Positions 9,337 through 19,138 of a DNA stretch of 64,000 nucleotides are shown one piece after another. Source of the stretch: Geopsychrobacteraceae bacterium (lineage in GTDB: Bacteria > Desulfobacterota > Desulfuromonadia > Desulfuromonadales > Geopsychrobacteraceae); assembly GCA_963662315.1 (NCBI GenBank), contig OY759353.1, positions 3,200,001 through 3,264,000 of the forward strand. The letters run 5' to 3'. The notes below the pieces were generated by a model. That model made no database searches. It was given only the letters and a program-made list of their open reading frames with translations, and was not told where the DNA came from. The translations under genes and the position numbers were made by a program. The number at the start of each line of letters is the position of its first letter. The first letter of the stretch is position 1.

Positions 9337-11856
9337 TCAGTCTTCACGCAGATAACGCGATGGTTTTTGTCCCAGTGCTTTCCAGGTTCCCGCCAGGCCC
9401 AGAATCAGGGTCAGAATAACCGCAACCACCAGAGTTATCATGATGACGCCGGGAGCAAGACGATAGGTGGCTTCAAGGGGGCCTTTAATCACGGCCATGG
9501 CGGCCAGTGACCCGGCGAGCAGGCTGACCAGCCCGGCGCAGAACCCCAGCAGGATGAACTCGCTGGCAAAAGCGAGCAGCACGTCTTTGCGGGTAGCGCC
9601 ACACACTTTAAGGATAACCGCGTCGCGGATGCGGCGATGCTGGTCAGCCGAAACAGCGCCAGTGAGGACCAGCAGGCCACTTAGCAGGGCAATGGCGGCA
9701 ACACCTTTGAAGACCCACCCGATGCGTTGCAGGGTGGTGGCGACATTGTTCAGGATTTCCCGTACAGATAAGGCTGATACATTGGTGAAGCGGTCAGTCA
9801 CCTGCTTGTAGACCTGTTCTTCCAGCTGCGGCTGCAGCTGGGCGGCGGCAATATAGCTCTGTGGTGCGTTTTCCAGGGTTCCGGGGGCAAAGATCAGGGC
9901 GAAATTCAGTTCCATGGTCGACCAGTCGACTTCGCGAATGTTAGCGATTTCGGCCGTGATGGCACGACCCAGGATATTGACGGTCAAGGTGTCGCCAATA
10001 GCCACATGAAACCCGCGGGCCAGATCCTCTGTCAGTGAGATCAGGGGCGCACCTTGGTATGTTTCAGGCCACCAGTCCCCTGCCGTTATCACCGTACCTT
10101 CTGGTAATGAGGTCCGGTAACTGAGGTAACGATCGCCGCGTATCGCCCAGCTGACATCAGGAGCTATGTTGGCCTGTTCCACCGGAACGTTGTTGATTGC
10201 GGTAATGCGACCGCGTAAAGTTGGCGAGGCCTGCAAAGAGTTGCCGGCCGGAAGCTGGTTAAATATGGCATTAAAGTTCTTAATCTGGTCTGGCTGAATA
10301 TCAAAGAAAAAATAAGCCGGGGCATTTTGGGGCAAGGTTTCGCTGACCATATCGTCTAGGTTGGTCTGGATCTGGGCGATCATGACCAGAACGGTCAGCC
10401 CGATGCCCAGGGAAAAGAGAATGCCGCCGGCTGGCGCGCCGGGCCGGGTAATATTGGCCTGGGCCAGACGCAATGGCGCGTAGCTGCTGCGGGGTACTTT
10501 CGCCGTGATTCTGATTGTGGCGACCGAAAGCAGCTTGAAGAGTATGAAGCACAGCATGGACCCAGCTAGAAACCAGAGGGCAAGCGTACGGTCGGGGCTG
10601 CTGATTATGGCCAGGCATGCCAGCAGTAAGCCGGTTACAAAGGTGGCTATTCTGACCCCGCGGCCAGGACGCATCTGTTCCAGTCCGGCATAACCGCGAA
10701 AAAGAGTAGCCGGTGACACCTGGCAGGCTTTGCCCAGTTCCTGTAACGAAAACAACATGGCGATCAACAGGCCATAAAGCATGGCCAGAGCCCAGATTTC
10801 CGGATAAATCCCCGGTGCCATGGGGAGTGGAAAACTGCTGCCATAAATCTGCACCAGCAACCAGGGAAGCATGGCTCCCAGGGCCAGCCCGGCCGCTGAA
10901 CCAATACCACCCAGAAAAAGTACCTGAAGGAGATAGGTGGTGAAGATGGTCGTGCGGGTGGCTCCAAGGCATTTGAGGGTAGCAATATTGTGGATTTTAG
11001 CACCCAGATAACCGCGTACCGCCCCGGTGACACCCAGGCCGCCGACCAGCAGCGAGCACAGGCCCAGCAGGGTCAGGTTGGTTTCCATGCGGTCGAGGAA
11101 GTTGCGGACCCTGGGCGCCGCGTCACGCCAGGTTCTGATGCGCCAGCCAGCCTCGGGAAATTGTTTTTCCAGTTGTTTTTTTAACAGCAGCATCTGACTT
11201 TTATCGGTCAGTTTCAGGCGGTAGGCATACCTGAGCAGGCTGCCAGGTTGAATCAGTCCGGTGGCGGCCAAGTCCTGATCAGCGATCATCACTCTGGGGC
11301 CAAGGTTAAAGGCCCGGATGGTCCGGTCTGGTTCTGTTTCTATGACGGCTTTGATGGTGAAGAGGGTGTCACCTACCTGAATCTGATCACCGATCTGCGT
11401 GCCAAAGCGTTGCAGGAACGATTTTTCAACCACTGCCCCTTTGCCGCTCAGGATCTCTGTCAATCGCATTGGATTGCTGAGTTTGACCGCTCCATAGAGG
11501 GGGTAGAGATCATCGACACTTTTCAACTCGACAAGGCCGCGCGCTCCACTTTGGGGAATACGGGCCATGGTGCGCAGCTCCCGGACCAGGCTGACCTTGC
11601 CCTCCTGGTTAAGAAACGTCAATTGCTGTGCCGATAACGGTCGCTGGTTTAAGGTGATTTCGAGGTCGCCGCCGAGCAGGGCGCCGGCATCATCGAGCAA
11701 ACCTTGACGTGCAGCAGCACTGAAGTGACCAATAGCGGAAATGGCAAAGATACCGAGGAAGATGCAGGTCAGAAAGACACCAAAGCCACGCAGACCATGA
11801 CGCAGCTCCCGGCGCATCAGACGTAGGGATTGGCTGAGTACCGTTGCGGTGTTCAT
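9337..11856 (-). CDS. ybbP: ABC transporter permease, YbbP-like (duplicated FtsX/MacB type)
   Basis: 839 aa; LLGGDL, YPLYG, FFFDIQPDQ, WSTMELNF; ATGA-coupled to the ATPase gene. Confidence 0.85.
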   Translation of the reverse strand: MNTATVLSQSLRLMRRELRHGLRGFGVFLTCIFLGIFAISAIGHFSAAARQGLLDDAGALLGGDLEITLNQRPLSAQQLTFLNQEGKVSLVRELRTMARIPQSGARGLVELKSVDDLYPLYGAVKLSNPMRLTEILSGKGAVVEKSFLQRFGTQIGDQIQVGDTLFTIKAVIETEPDRTIRAFNLGPRVMIADQDLAATGLIQPGSLLRYAYRLKLTDKSQMLLLKKQLEKQFPEAGWRIRTWRDAAPRVRNFLDRMETNLTLLGLCSLLVGGLGVTGAVRGYLGAKIHNIATLKCLGATRTTIFTTYLLQVLFLGGIGSAAGLALGAMLPWLLVQIYGSSFPLPMAPGIYPEIWALAMLYGLLIAMLFSLQELGKACQVSPATLFRGYAGLEQMRPGRGVRIATFVTGLLLACLAIISSPDRTLALWFLAGSMLCFILFKLLSVATIRITAKVPRSSYAPLRLAQANITRPGAPAGGILFSLGIGLTVLVMIAQIQTNLDDMVSETLPQNAPAYFFFDIQPDQIKNFNAIFNQLPAGNSLQASPTLRGRITAINNVPVEQANIAPDVSWAIRGDRYLSYRTSLPEGTVITAGDWWPETYQGAPLISLTEDLARGFHVAIGDTLTVNILGRAITAEIANIREVDWSTMELNFALIFAPGTLENAPQSYIAAAQLQPQLEEQVYKQVTDRFTNVSALSVREILNNVATTLQRIGWVFKGVAAIALLSGLLVLTGAVSADQHRRIRDAVILKVCGATRKDVLLAFASEFILLGFCAGLVSLLAGSLAAMAVIKGPLEATYRLAPGVIMITLVVAVILTLILGLAGTWKALGQKPSRYLRED

Positions 11857-12545
11857 GAGGCTGCCCGCTTGTCCATATCTTCAAGACGCCCGTCGGCCAT
11901 GCGCACCCGTCTCTGGCAGCGGTTGGCCAGACGATTATCGTGAGTAATCAGTACCAGGGTGGTCCCCTGCTCCTGTTGTAGCCTGAACAGTAACTCCATA
12001 ACCATTTCCCCGGTTTCCTGGTCGAGGTTACCGGTTGGTTCGTCAGCCAGTATCAGGGTGGGGTTGGCAACAAAGGCGCGGGCCAGGGCGACGCGCTGCT
12101 GTTCCCCGCCGGATAACTGACCAGGGTAATGTCTGGCACGCTGTTCAAGTCCGGTGGCTTTAAGGGCAGCCAGGGCTCGTTCCTGAATATGGTGGCTTTG
12201 AGAAAATTCCAGCGGGAGAGCGACATTTTCCAGTGCGGTCATGGTTGGGATAAGATGGAACGACTGAAATACAATACCGATCTGCTGCCGGCGAAAGCGG
12301 GCCAGCTCATCTTCCGATAATCCGTTCAGCTGAGTTCCGGCAATGATAATTTCACCGCCACTGATCTTCTCCAACCCTGCCAAGGCCATGAGCAGGGTTG
12401 TTTTGCCGGCACCCGAGGGACCGACAATACTTATGGTTTCGCCACGCTCAATAACCAGGTCGATGCCACGCAGGATATTGACCCGACCGGCTCCTCCTTC
12501 TAGACTTAAGTGAAGATTTGCAATATTGATAAGGGATGACGCCAT
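11853..12545 (-). CDS. ybbA: ABC transporter ATP-binding protein, YbbA-like
   Basis: [26 protein letters not shown]. Confidence 0.88.
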   Translation of the reverse strand: MASSLINIANLHLSLEGGAGRVNILRGIDLVIERGETISIVGPSGAGKTTLLMALAGLEKISGGEIIIAGTQLNGLSEDELARFRRQQIGIVFQSFHLIPTMTALENVALPLEFSQSHHIQERALAALKATGLEQRARHYPGQLSGGEQQRVALARAFVANPTLILADEPTGNLDQETGEMVMELLFRLQQEQGTTLVLITHDNRLANRCQRRVRMADGRLEDMDKRAAS

Positions 12546-13167
12546 GAAAACTCCTCTTTGTTTGTTTCTTACCGTAAGTATAATGCTTGTAGGTGTGCAG
12601 ATGGGATATGCAGACAAAAAAATAACCATATTAGCGTTTGGCGATAGCCTGACGGCTGGCTACGGATTGTCTGGAGAGGATGCATTTCCTGTTCAACTTG
12701 AAGCGGCATTGAAGGCACGTGGGCACCAGGTACAGATCATCAATGCCGGGGTTTCCGGAGATACCAGTGCCGGTGGTATTGCCCGCATAGATTGGAGCCT
12801 GGCAGATAAGCCGGATGTCGTTATTGTCGAACTGGGAGCCAATGATGCCTTGAGAGGTCTTGATCCCAAGGGCACAAAAAAGAATCTACAGGTGATTATT
12901 CAGAAGAGCCGTCAGGCCGGTGCCCGCGTGTTGCTGGTAGGTATGAAAGCGCCACCGAGTCTTGGCACCGAGTATGTCGAGCGCTTCGATCCCATTTATC
13001 CGGAGTTGGCTGCAGAGCTGTCAGTACCGCTTTATCCTTTCTTTCTGCAAGGGGTTGCTGGGCGCGCCGAGCTGAATCTGAACGACGGCATTCACCCTAC
13101 CGCAGCCGGGGTCAAGATTATCGTTGAAAATATCCTGCCCTATGTAGAAAAGGCCCTGCCCCGTTAA
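12544..13167 (+). CDS. tesA: SGNH arylesterase / thioesterase I (TesA-like)
   Basis: Signal peptide, GDSL, GANDALRG, DGIHP; divergent from and overlapping the ybbA start. Confidence 0.88.
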   Translation: MKTPLCLFLTVSIMLVGVQMGYADKKITILAFGDSLTAGYGLSGEDAFPVQLEAALKARGHQVQIINAGVSGDTSAGGIARIDWSLADKPDVVIVELGANDALRGLDPKGTKKNLQVIIQKSRQAGARVLLVGMKAPPSLGTEYVERFDPIYPELAAELSVPLYPFFLQGVAGRAELNLNDGIHPTAAGVKIIVENILPYVEKALPR

Positions 13168-14054
13168 CCAGCCTGCAGCAGCTTGGGGCTCAGCTTCACT
13201 GTCGTTAAAAACGTCAGCAACTCTGCTGGCAATGGGCAACTGACTTCAACCTGGAGGCCGTCAAAGGGGTTGATAAAGGCCAGACGGTTGCAGTGCAGGA
13301 ATAGCCGGGGTAGTTGTGCCGGACAAGGACCATGGTAACGCTGATCGCCATACAGAGGATGGCCAAGTTCGGCAAACTGACGTCGAATCTGGTGCTGGCG
13401 GCCTGTCTCCAGACGTACCTCCAATAAAGATGCAGTTTTATTTGTAGCAATTGCCTGGTATTTGCTGACCGCTTCCTTGATCTTTCCTTTGGCCGGGAGC
13501 TCGGAAATTATCCGTCCTTTCTGATCAACTTTTCCCGCTACTAAGGCTAGATAGCCTTTTGTGACTTCACCACTCATAAAAAGCTTGCCCAATTCAGAAC
13601 AGCTTTTCTTTCCTTTGCCGAACAGGACCGGTCCAGAGGTTTCCAGATCGAGTCTCTGGATCGGACTGACCTGAAAATGTTCTTTTCGCGCACCATAATA
13701 GTCCGCTATTTGATCAGTCAAATTCCGTTTTTCATGCCCTTTGGATGCGTGCACAGCAAGCCCCGCAGGCTTGTTTACAATCACAATTTCGCGGCTTTCG
13801 AAAAGAATTTCGAGAGGCGGCACAGGCTCATGAGGGGTTTCCAACAGCTCGAGAATACGTTGACTTTCCGGTAATTGTATACAATCTCCAGGACCAACTA
13901 AGGTGCCTGCCTCAAGTGTGTCATGGTTTCTTTTGACGCGTCCTTTTTTTATGAGCTGATGCAGGTAGCCAAGGGGAGCTTCCGGGAGTGAGTTGTGCAG
14001 AAATTCTTCAATTGTTACGGGGGTGGCTTTTTCTGAAACAGTCAGTTTCGGCAT
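13164..14054 (-). CDS. RluA/RluD-family pseudouridine synthase with S4-like N-terminus
   Basis: NKPAGLAVH, QRLDLETSG (catalytic Asp), TGRQHQIR, GDQRY, LH. Confidence 0.88.
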   Translation of the reverse strand: MPKLTVSEKATPVTIEEFLHNSLPEAPLGYLHQLIKKGRVKRNHDTLEAGTLVGPGDCIQLPESQRILELLETPHEPVPPLEILFESREIVIVNKPAGLAVHASKGHEKRNLTDQIADYYGARKEHFQVSPIQRLDLETSGPVLFGKGKKSCSELGKLFMSGEVTKGYLALVAGKVDQKGRIISELPAKGKIKEAVSKYQAIATNKTASLLEVRLETGRQHQIRRQFAELGHPLYGDQRYHGPCPAQLPRLFLHCNRLAFINPFDGLQVEVSCPLPAELLTFLTTVKLSPKLLQAG

Positions 14055-14276
14055 GGTGAATCAGCTCCATAATTAAACGGTAAAAGGATCAAAATGAGAC
14101 AAGCACTGAAAGCGTTTTAAACCAGTGGTCTATTCTGTAAAACGAAAAATTAGTTAACTTATTGATTTATCGATACTTTTTCTGGTTTTTTGGTTGCAAA
14201 AACGTAGCGTTCCTGTATACTTCAAAACAACAAAACATGTGAATAATAACTTCATATAGAACAAAGGAGCTCAGTT

Positions 14277-14492
14277 ATGAAGTGCCCAGTATGTCACAGT
14301 CTCGATCAGAACGAAATGGATCTGCAATCGGATCAATTTAAAGAAGGCATTTTCGAATGCCATCATTGCGGAGCCGTCTGGGCTGTTAATCATGACCTGG
14401 TTGAAATGGTCAATGATCCCCAGGCAGAATCCTTCCTTGCTGCAACAACTGAATCAGTAGAGAGCGACGATTACTGCTTCGCAACTGCCTAA
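14277..14492 (+). CDS. Small zinc-ribbon-like protein
   Basis: CPVC and CHHC pairs in 71 aa; AAGGAG SD; own sigma70-like promoter (TTGCAA-N16-TATACT, 14194-14221). Confidence 0.75.
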   Translation: MKCPVCHSLDQNEMDLQSDQFKEGIFECHHCGAVWAVNHDLVEMVNDPQAESFLAATTESVESDDYCFATA

Positions 14493-14521
14493 TTCAGATT
14501 TTAATAGATATTTATATTAAT

Positions 14522-14556
14522 GGCCGCTGGTTAATTCCTGTGGCCTTTTTCTTTTT
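14522..14556 (+). terminator. Probable rho-independent terminator
   Basis: Imperfect GGCC...GGCC stem followed by TTTTTCTTTTT. Confidence 0.55.
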
Positions 14557-14656
14557 GCGCCGCTGATTTCTGCCCCTGTTCTGATTATCTTTTTCACTGA
14601 TCATTATCTTCAGCTCCACATTATCTGGCGATCACTACTGAGCCTAATAAAAAATA

Positions 14657-14693
14657 TTAGTCATTTGACTAAGAATTGTCATACGTCTAAATT
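14657..14693 (+). promoter_or_regulatory. Palindromic operator overlapping a sigma70-like promoter of the TetR gene
   Basis: TTAGTCA-TT-TGACTAA (14657-14672) overlaps TTGACT-N17-TAAATT. Confidence 0.6.
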
Positions 14694-14737
14694 TTGATGA
14701 ATATGACTCACAAAGATTTTTTTGGGGCTAACTACTC

Positions 14738-15373
14738 ATGGCAGAATATCAAACCAGTGTCAAAACGCGAAATGCCCTGATCAGGGCGACCGGGGAGCTT
14801 GCTGCCGAGCGAGGTTTCAGCTCTGTCTCAATTCGGGCGATAGCGACCCGGGCGCGGCAGAATATTGGCAGTATCCATTACCATTTCGGGACCAAACAGA
14901 AACTGTTTGCGGCGGTTGTTGATGAGGTTGCAAAGCGTTGGCGGGACGGGCGTCTTGAGTCTGCCTTCTCTTCCCTGGATCTGAGCCGTCGTGAAGATCA
15001 GGCGTGTGCGCTGGCTGCGGTTATTCGGCGTCAGGCGGACCTGTTGTTTGACCAGACGGTTCCTGAATGGCATTGTCGGGTCATTTATCAGTTGATGCAG
15101 TCGCCCGATGTTCTGAATGAGACCTTTCGTGATGCGGTGGCCGAACCGGAGTTGCGCCAGATTGAAATGCTGATCAGAGCTATTGATCCCACGCTCAAGG
15201 ATGCTGAGGTGCAGATTCATCTATACGTGCTGATTGCGCCCTTATTACTGCATGCCGATTATCGTAAGGCACTACTCAGAAAAATGGGGACGGAAACCTA
15301 CGCTCAGGAATATATCGATAATCTGGTCAAGCTATGTATTGACCAGGCTTTGCGCCAATTCGGATTGGTTTAA
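14738..15373 (+). CDS. TetR/AcrR-family regulator (CecR/DUF1956-like)
   Basis: N-terminal HTH: LAAERGFSSVSIRAIATRA...SIHYHFGTKQKLF. Confidence 0.85.
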   Translation: MAEYQTSVKTRNALIRATGELAAERGFSSVSIRAIATRARQNIGSIHYHFGTKQKLFAAVVDEVAKRWRDGRLESAFSSLDLSRREDQACALAAVIRRQADLLFDQTVPEWHCRVIYQLMQSPDVLNETFRDAVAEPELRQIEMLIRAIDPTLKDAEVQIHLYVLIAPLLLHADYRKALLRKMGTETYAQEYIDNLVKLCIDQALRQFGLV

Positions 15374-15500
15374 CTCAGCACGGATCTGATGGTTTCGGCA
15401 AATTCAGTCATATTCAAAGGCTTCAGACAATATGCATCAATACCCAGTTCTCTGGCCTGGTTTTCATTCACCTTATTGCTGTAATCGGTCAGCAGAATCG

Positions 15501-18341
15501 TCAGGAGATCGGCGCAGCTTGCTGTTCCTGTCTTTCTGTGCTCACATCTGAGAAGGGAAAAAACAGCTCGAAAGTCGTTCCTGTGCCTACGGAACTGTCG
15601 ACCCGAATGAAGCCATTATGCTGCTTGACAATACCCTGAACTGTCGCCAGCCCCATGCCGGTGCCTTGACCAATGCCTTTGGTCGTGAAAAACGGGTCAA
15701 ATATTTTTTCTATTGCCGCAGCGCTGATCCCGCAACCGGTGTCGGATACGGACAGCTTGACGAATTTTCCGCCAACAGCTTCATAGTCGGCGGGAAGATC
15801 TCTATGCTTCAATTCAGCCATGCTTAAGTGGATGGAAAGCGTTCCTTTTTCATCCATGGCGTGGACGGCATTATTACACAGGTTAAGCAATGCCTCCTGA
15901 ATCTGGCTGGAGTCGGCAATAATCTCAACCCCCTTTATCAGGTCATTGCTGGCTTTCAGCTCGATCGTTGCCGGCAAGGTTGATTGAATCAGGTTCAGTG
16001 TTTCCTCGACAACAAGAGCTATATTGGTAGGTCCTCTTTGGGACGCATCCTGACGACTGTAGGTCAGAATCTGGGAAACCAGATCGCGTGAACGTAAAGC
16101 GGCTTTTGTTGCTGTGTCAATATAGTGGAGTAGTTTACCGGGGTTATCCAGTCGTCGCTTTGCCATTTCCAGACTACCAAGAATGGCGGCAAGAGCGTTG
16201 TTGAAGTTATGCGCTATTCCCCCTGCCATAAGGCCAACGGCCTCCATTTTATATTTCTGGCGCAGTTGGTTTTGCAGGTGAAGAAGTTCGCTCAAGTCAT
16301 AGAAGATGGCCAATAACATTGTGCGGCCGGCATACTCTATCTGTTTTGCCCTGATTTCAACATCAATAAGCTTGCCCGAAGAGGTGATGCATTGCTGAAC
16401 AATGGGGACGCTATTCGGGTGGGTCTTGCGGTTGATAAAGTTATAGGTTTTTACATCCGGAGAGCGCTGATTTTCCGGATGTAAAATTGACTGATGCTTG
16501 CCAAGAATTTCCTCCCTGCTGCGTTCGACCATATTGGCAAGGGCCTGGTTGCACTCAATAATTATTCCCGTCTCGGTATCGGCAAGGGCAATGCCGGTGT
16601 TGGCTTCAGTGACCAGAATCTTGTACTTTTCTTCTGTTAGTTTGCGTTCGGTGATGTCACGGGTAATAGTCAGGATGATCTGTTCGCCTTCAAGTTCGAT
16701 GCGTCTGGCAGATATGAGACCGTGGGTAACTTTTGAATCTTTAGTTAAAAACTCAGCTTCAAGGTTCTCAACGTAACCGTCTTTGGCCAATAGCCTTATC
16801 AGTCTGTCCCTGTCACCGGAGTGTTTCCAGATATTCAGTTCCAAGGAGGATTTTCCGATAACTTCTTCTTTCAGATAACCGGTCAGGGCCAGGAAGCCTT
16901 CGTTGACATCGACATAGGTACCGTCGAGGCGGGTCAGGTTTATGGCATCCGGGCTGGTCTGAAACGCGATTCTGAATTTGCTTTCACTTTCCTTTAGCAG
17001 TTTTTCAGCTGTAAGACGTGCTGTCATGTCGCGGCAGATGCAAAAAATCAGTTTCTGTCCTTTGTAGATAATGGCACTGTTTGAGAGCTCGATATCCTTT
17101 ATCTGGCCATCTTTGCAGTGAAATTGGGTTGTCAGCTGGTGGCCGCTTTTGTTAATACCAGTCGCCAGGGAGAGAATGTCTGCTTTATTAAACTGGCCGT
17201 CCCAGTCCCATATATGTAATTCTGAGACCTCCGCGAGTGGGTAGCCAATGAGCTCTGCGAAACATTGGTTCGCCTCAACAACTTTACAGTGTTCATCGAT
17301 CAGAACTATGCCATCGTTTGAACTTTCGATGAGTAGGCGGCGGCTGGCGATTTCATCTTGCAGGCGTTCTTCGGTCTGTTTGCGGATGGTAATTTCAGCT
17401 TTCAGCCGCTTATTCCAGCTCAGAAAAAAGCCAGCAAATAGAAGGGCAACAAAAGCGGCACTCAAACCCCATTCAATGATATCCTGAGTCTGGATGCCAT
17501 GGTCAAAACGAATGGCGATCCATTTCTGAATAATTTCATTATGTTTTTCTCTGGGGATGGCATCCAGCGCTTTATTGAAAATAGTGACCAGCTCAGGCCA
17601 GTCTTTTCTGACTGCAATTGACAGCGCGTAGTCGTCAAATGACGTTGGCGCGGCAATTTTCAGATTGGCCAGGCCATAATGTTCGATCAGGTAAGAGGCT
17701 GTCGCCAGATTCTCAATGTAGGCATCTGCTTTGCCCATGGAGACAGCTTTCATTGCCTCGGTGGGCGAAGCAACATTGGACGGGGTAAAGTTAATGCCTG
17801 CCCCTTCAAGCAAGGAAAACCCCATGCTTTTATTGACAAAAACCACCCTTTGATTATGCAGGCCCTGAAGGTTGCTTATGAACGGGGCGTCTTTTTGGTT
17901 GACGATGATAAGCGGAAACGACAGATAGGGCTGCGTATAGTTTAGGTAGCCATCCCGTTCAGGGCTGATGCCGGCACAACTGAGGACGTCAATCTGTTGG
18001 TTTTGGATTTTTTGCAGGATTTGAGGCCAGGGCTGAGGTGCGGCAATTTCGATGTGAAGGCCGATCATTTGGGCGATCAAAAAAATATAATCGGTCGCAA
18101 TCCCCTGAAAAACGCCATCTTTCGAGTAATATTGAAAGGGTGGGAAGGCTTGGGGTCCGCTAAGGCGTATGGTTTGATGCTTATTTAGCCATTCCTGCTC
18201 TGCTTCGGTAAGGGAGAAGGACGCGGCCTCCGTAGTATTTGCAAAACAGAACATCAGGCTCAGCATGACAATAAAGGAGAATAACTTTTGAGAGGGTTTC
18301 ACCTGTGTTGCATCAAAGGCGCTAGGAGCACATAGCTTCAT
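15501..18341 (-). CDS. Sensor histidine kinase: periplasmic solute-binding domain, three PAS domains, HisKA and HATPase
   Basis: BvgS-like PBP (LTEAEQEWL, FPPFQY), TM helix, PAS repeats, GGIAHNFNN H-box, DTGCGI, FFTTK, GTGMGL. Confidence 0.9.
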   Translation of the reverse strand: MKLCAPSAFDATQVKPSQKLFSFIVMLSLMFCFANTTEAASFSLTEAEQEWLNKHQTIRLSGPQAFPPFQYYSKDGVFQGIATDYIFLIAQMIGLHIEIAAPQPWPQILQKIQNQQIDVLSCAGISPERDGYLNYTQPYLSFPLIIVNQKDAPFISNLQGLHNQRVVFVNKSMGFSLLEGAGINFTPSNVASPTEAMKAVSMGKADAYIENLATASYLIEHYGLANLKIAAPTSFDDYALSIAVRKDWPELVTIFNKALDAIPREKHNEIIQKWIAIRFDHGIQTQDIIEWGLSAAFVALLFAGFFLSWNKRLKAEITIRKQTEERLQDEIASRRLLIESSNDGIVLIDEHCKVVEANQCFAELIGYPLAEVSELHIWDWDGQFNKADILSLATGINKSGHQLTTQFHCKDGQIKDIELSNSAIIYKGQKLIFCICRDMTARLTAEKLLKESESKFRIAFQTSPDAINLTRLDGTYVDVNEGFLALTGYLKEEVIGKSSLELNIWKHSGDRDRLIRLLAKDGYVENLEAEFLTKDSKVTHGLISARRIELEGEQIILTITRDITERKLTEEKYKILVTEANTGIALADTETGIIIECNQALANMVERSREEILGKHQSILHPENQRSPDVKTYNFINRKTHPNSVPIVQQCITSSGKLIDVEIRAKQIEYAGRTMLLAIFYDLSELLHLQNQLRQKYKMEAVGLMAGGIAHNFNNALAAILGSLEMAKRRLDNPGKLLHYIDTATKAALRSRDLVSQILTYSRQDASQRGPTNIALVVEETLNLIQSTLPATIELKASNDLIKGVEIIADSSQIQEALLNLCNNAVHAMDEKGTLSIHLSMAELKHRDLPADYEAVGGKFVKLSVSDTGCGISAAAIEKIFDPFFTTKGIGQGTGMGLATVQGIVKQHNGFIRVDSSVGTGTTFELFFPFSDVSTERQEQQAAPIS

Positions 18342-18581
18342 CAGGACCTCTTTGAGTGGAGAGGAAAGTCATTTCAATTATCGCATACGGAGTCGTTTGT
18401 TTAAGCGAACCGGGCTGAGGAGTTATGCAGTAGTGTCGCCATCATAGCGATTATGTCAATAAAAAAGTCATGGGTGATCTGGTAAATTAATACAGATTTG
18501 CCGCAAACAATGGACTTTGAGCTTGCTGGGATGTGTCATTTTGTTCTGGTATTTTGTTTTTGCGGGAAAGGAGTGAGATTC

Positions 18582-19130
18582 ATGAGACTGTTTATTGCCA
18601 TTCCCCTTACGAGCGAGGTTAGAACTGAATTGATGGCGGTCGTGGGTGACCTGTGCCGCGTTATCCCCATGGCCAAATGGGTCAAGGCGGAAAACCTGCA
18701 CCTGACCCTGAAGTTTCTCGGGGCTGTTAGCCAGGAACAGGTTCCCGAAATTATTAAGGCGTTGAACGAAGTTGGTCGCCAGGAGCATGCTTTTGATTGT
18801 TTTCTGACCCGCTTTGGAACATTCCCTGCGCACGGTCAGCCACGGGTTCTCTATGTGGCAACCGATCAGCAACTGCGTCTGTCCGCTCTGGTCCGAACTC
18901 TTGAAGGGAAGCTCGCGCCTCTTGGCTTTGCTTCCGGGGGGCGGTTTATGTCCCACATCACCCTGGCACGCTTTCACAAAGGAAATCCGCTAGATCTTAA
19001 GCCTCTCCTGGCAAGCCCGATCAACTTTCATGCCCCTTTTGCCATTAACGGTATCAGTTTTATTGACAGTCAACTAGGCCCGCAAGGAGCTTTCTATACA
19101 GAGTTGCATCGGGCAGCGTTCCTGACTTAG
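18582..19130 (+). CDS. thpR: RNA 2',3'-cyclic phosphodiesterase (2H family)
   Basis: MRLFIAI, HLTLKFLG, HITLAR; AAGGAG SD. Confidence 0.88.
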   Translation: MRLFIAIPLTSEVRTELMAVVGDLCRVIPMAKWVKAENLHLTLKFLGAVSQEQVPEIIKALNEVGRQEHAFDCFLTRFGTFPAHGQPRVLYVATDQQLRLSALVRTLEGKLAPLGFASGGRFMSHITLARFHKGNPLDLKPLLASPINFHAPFAINGISFIDSQLGPQGAFYTELHRAAFLT

Positions 19131-19138
19131 CCATTTCG

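Noticed and set aside
14283..14297. CPVCH as a c-type heme-binding motif
   Set aside because: No signal peptide, and a second CxxC pair makes a zinc ribbon more likely
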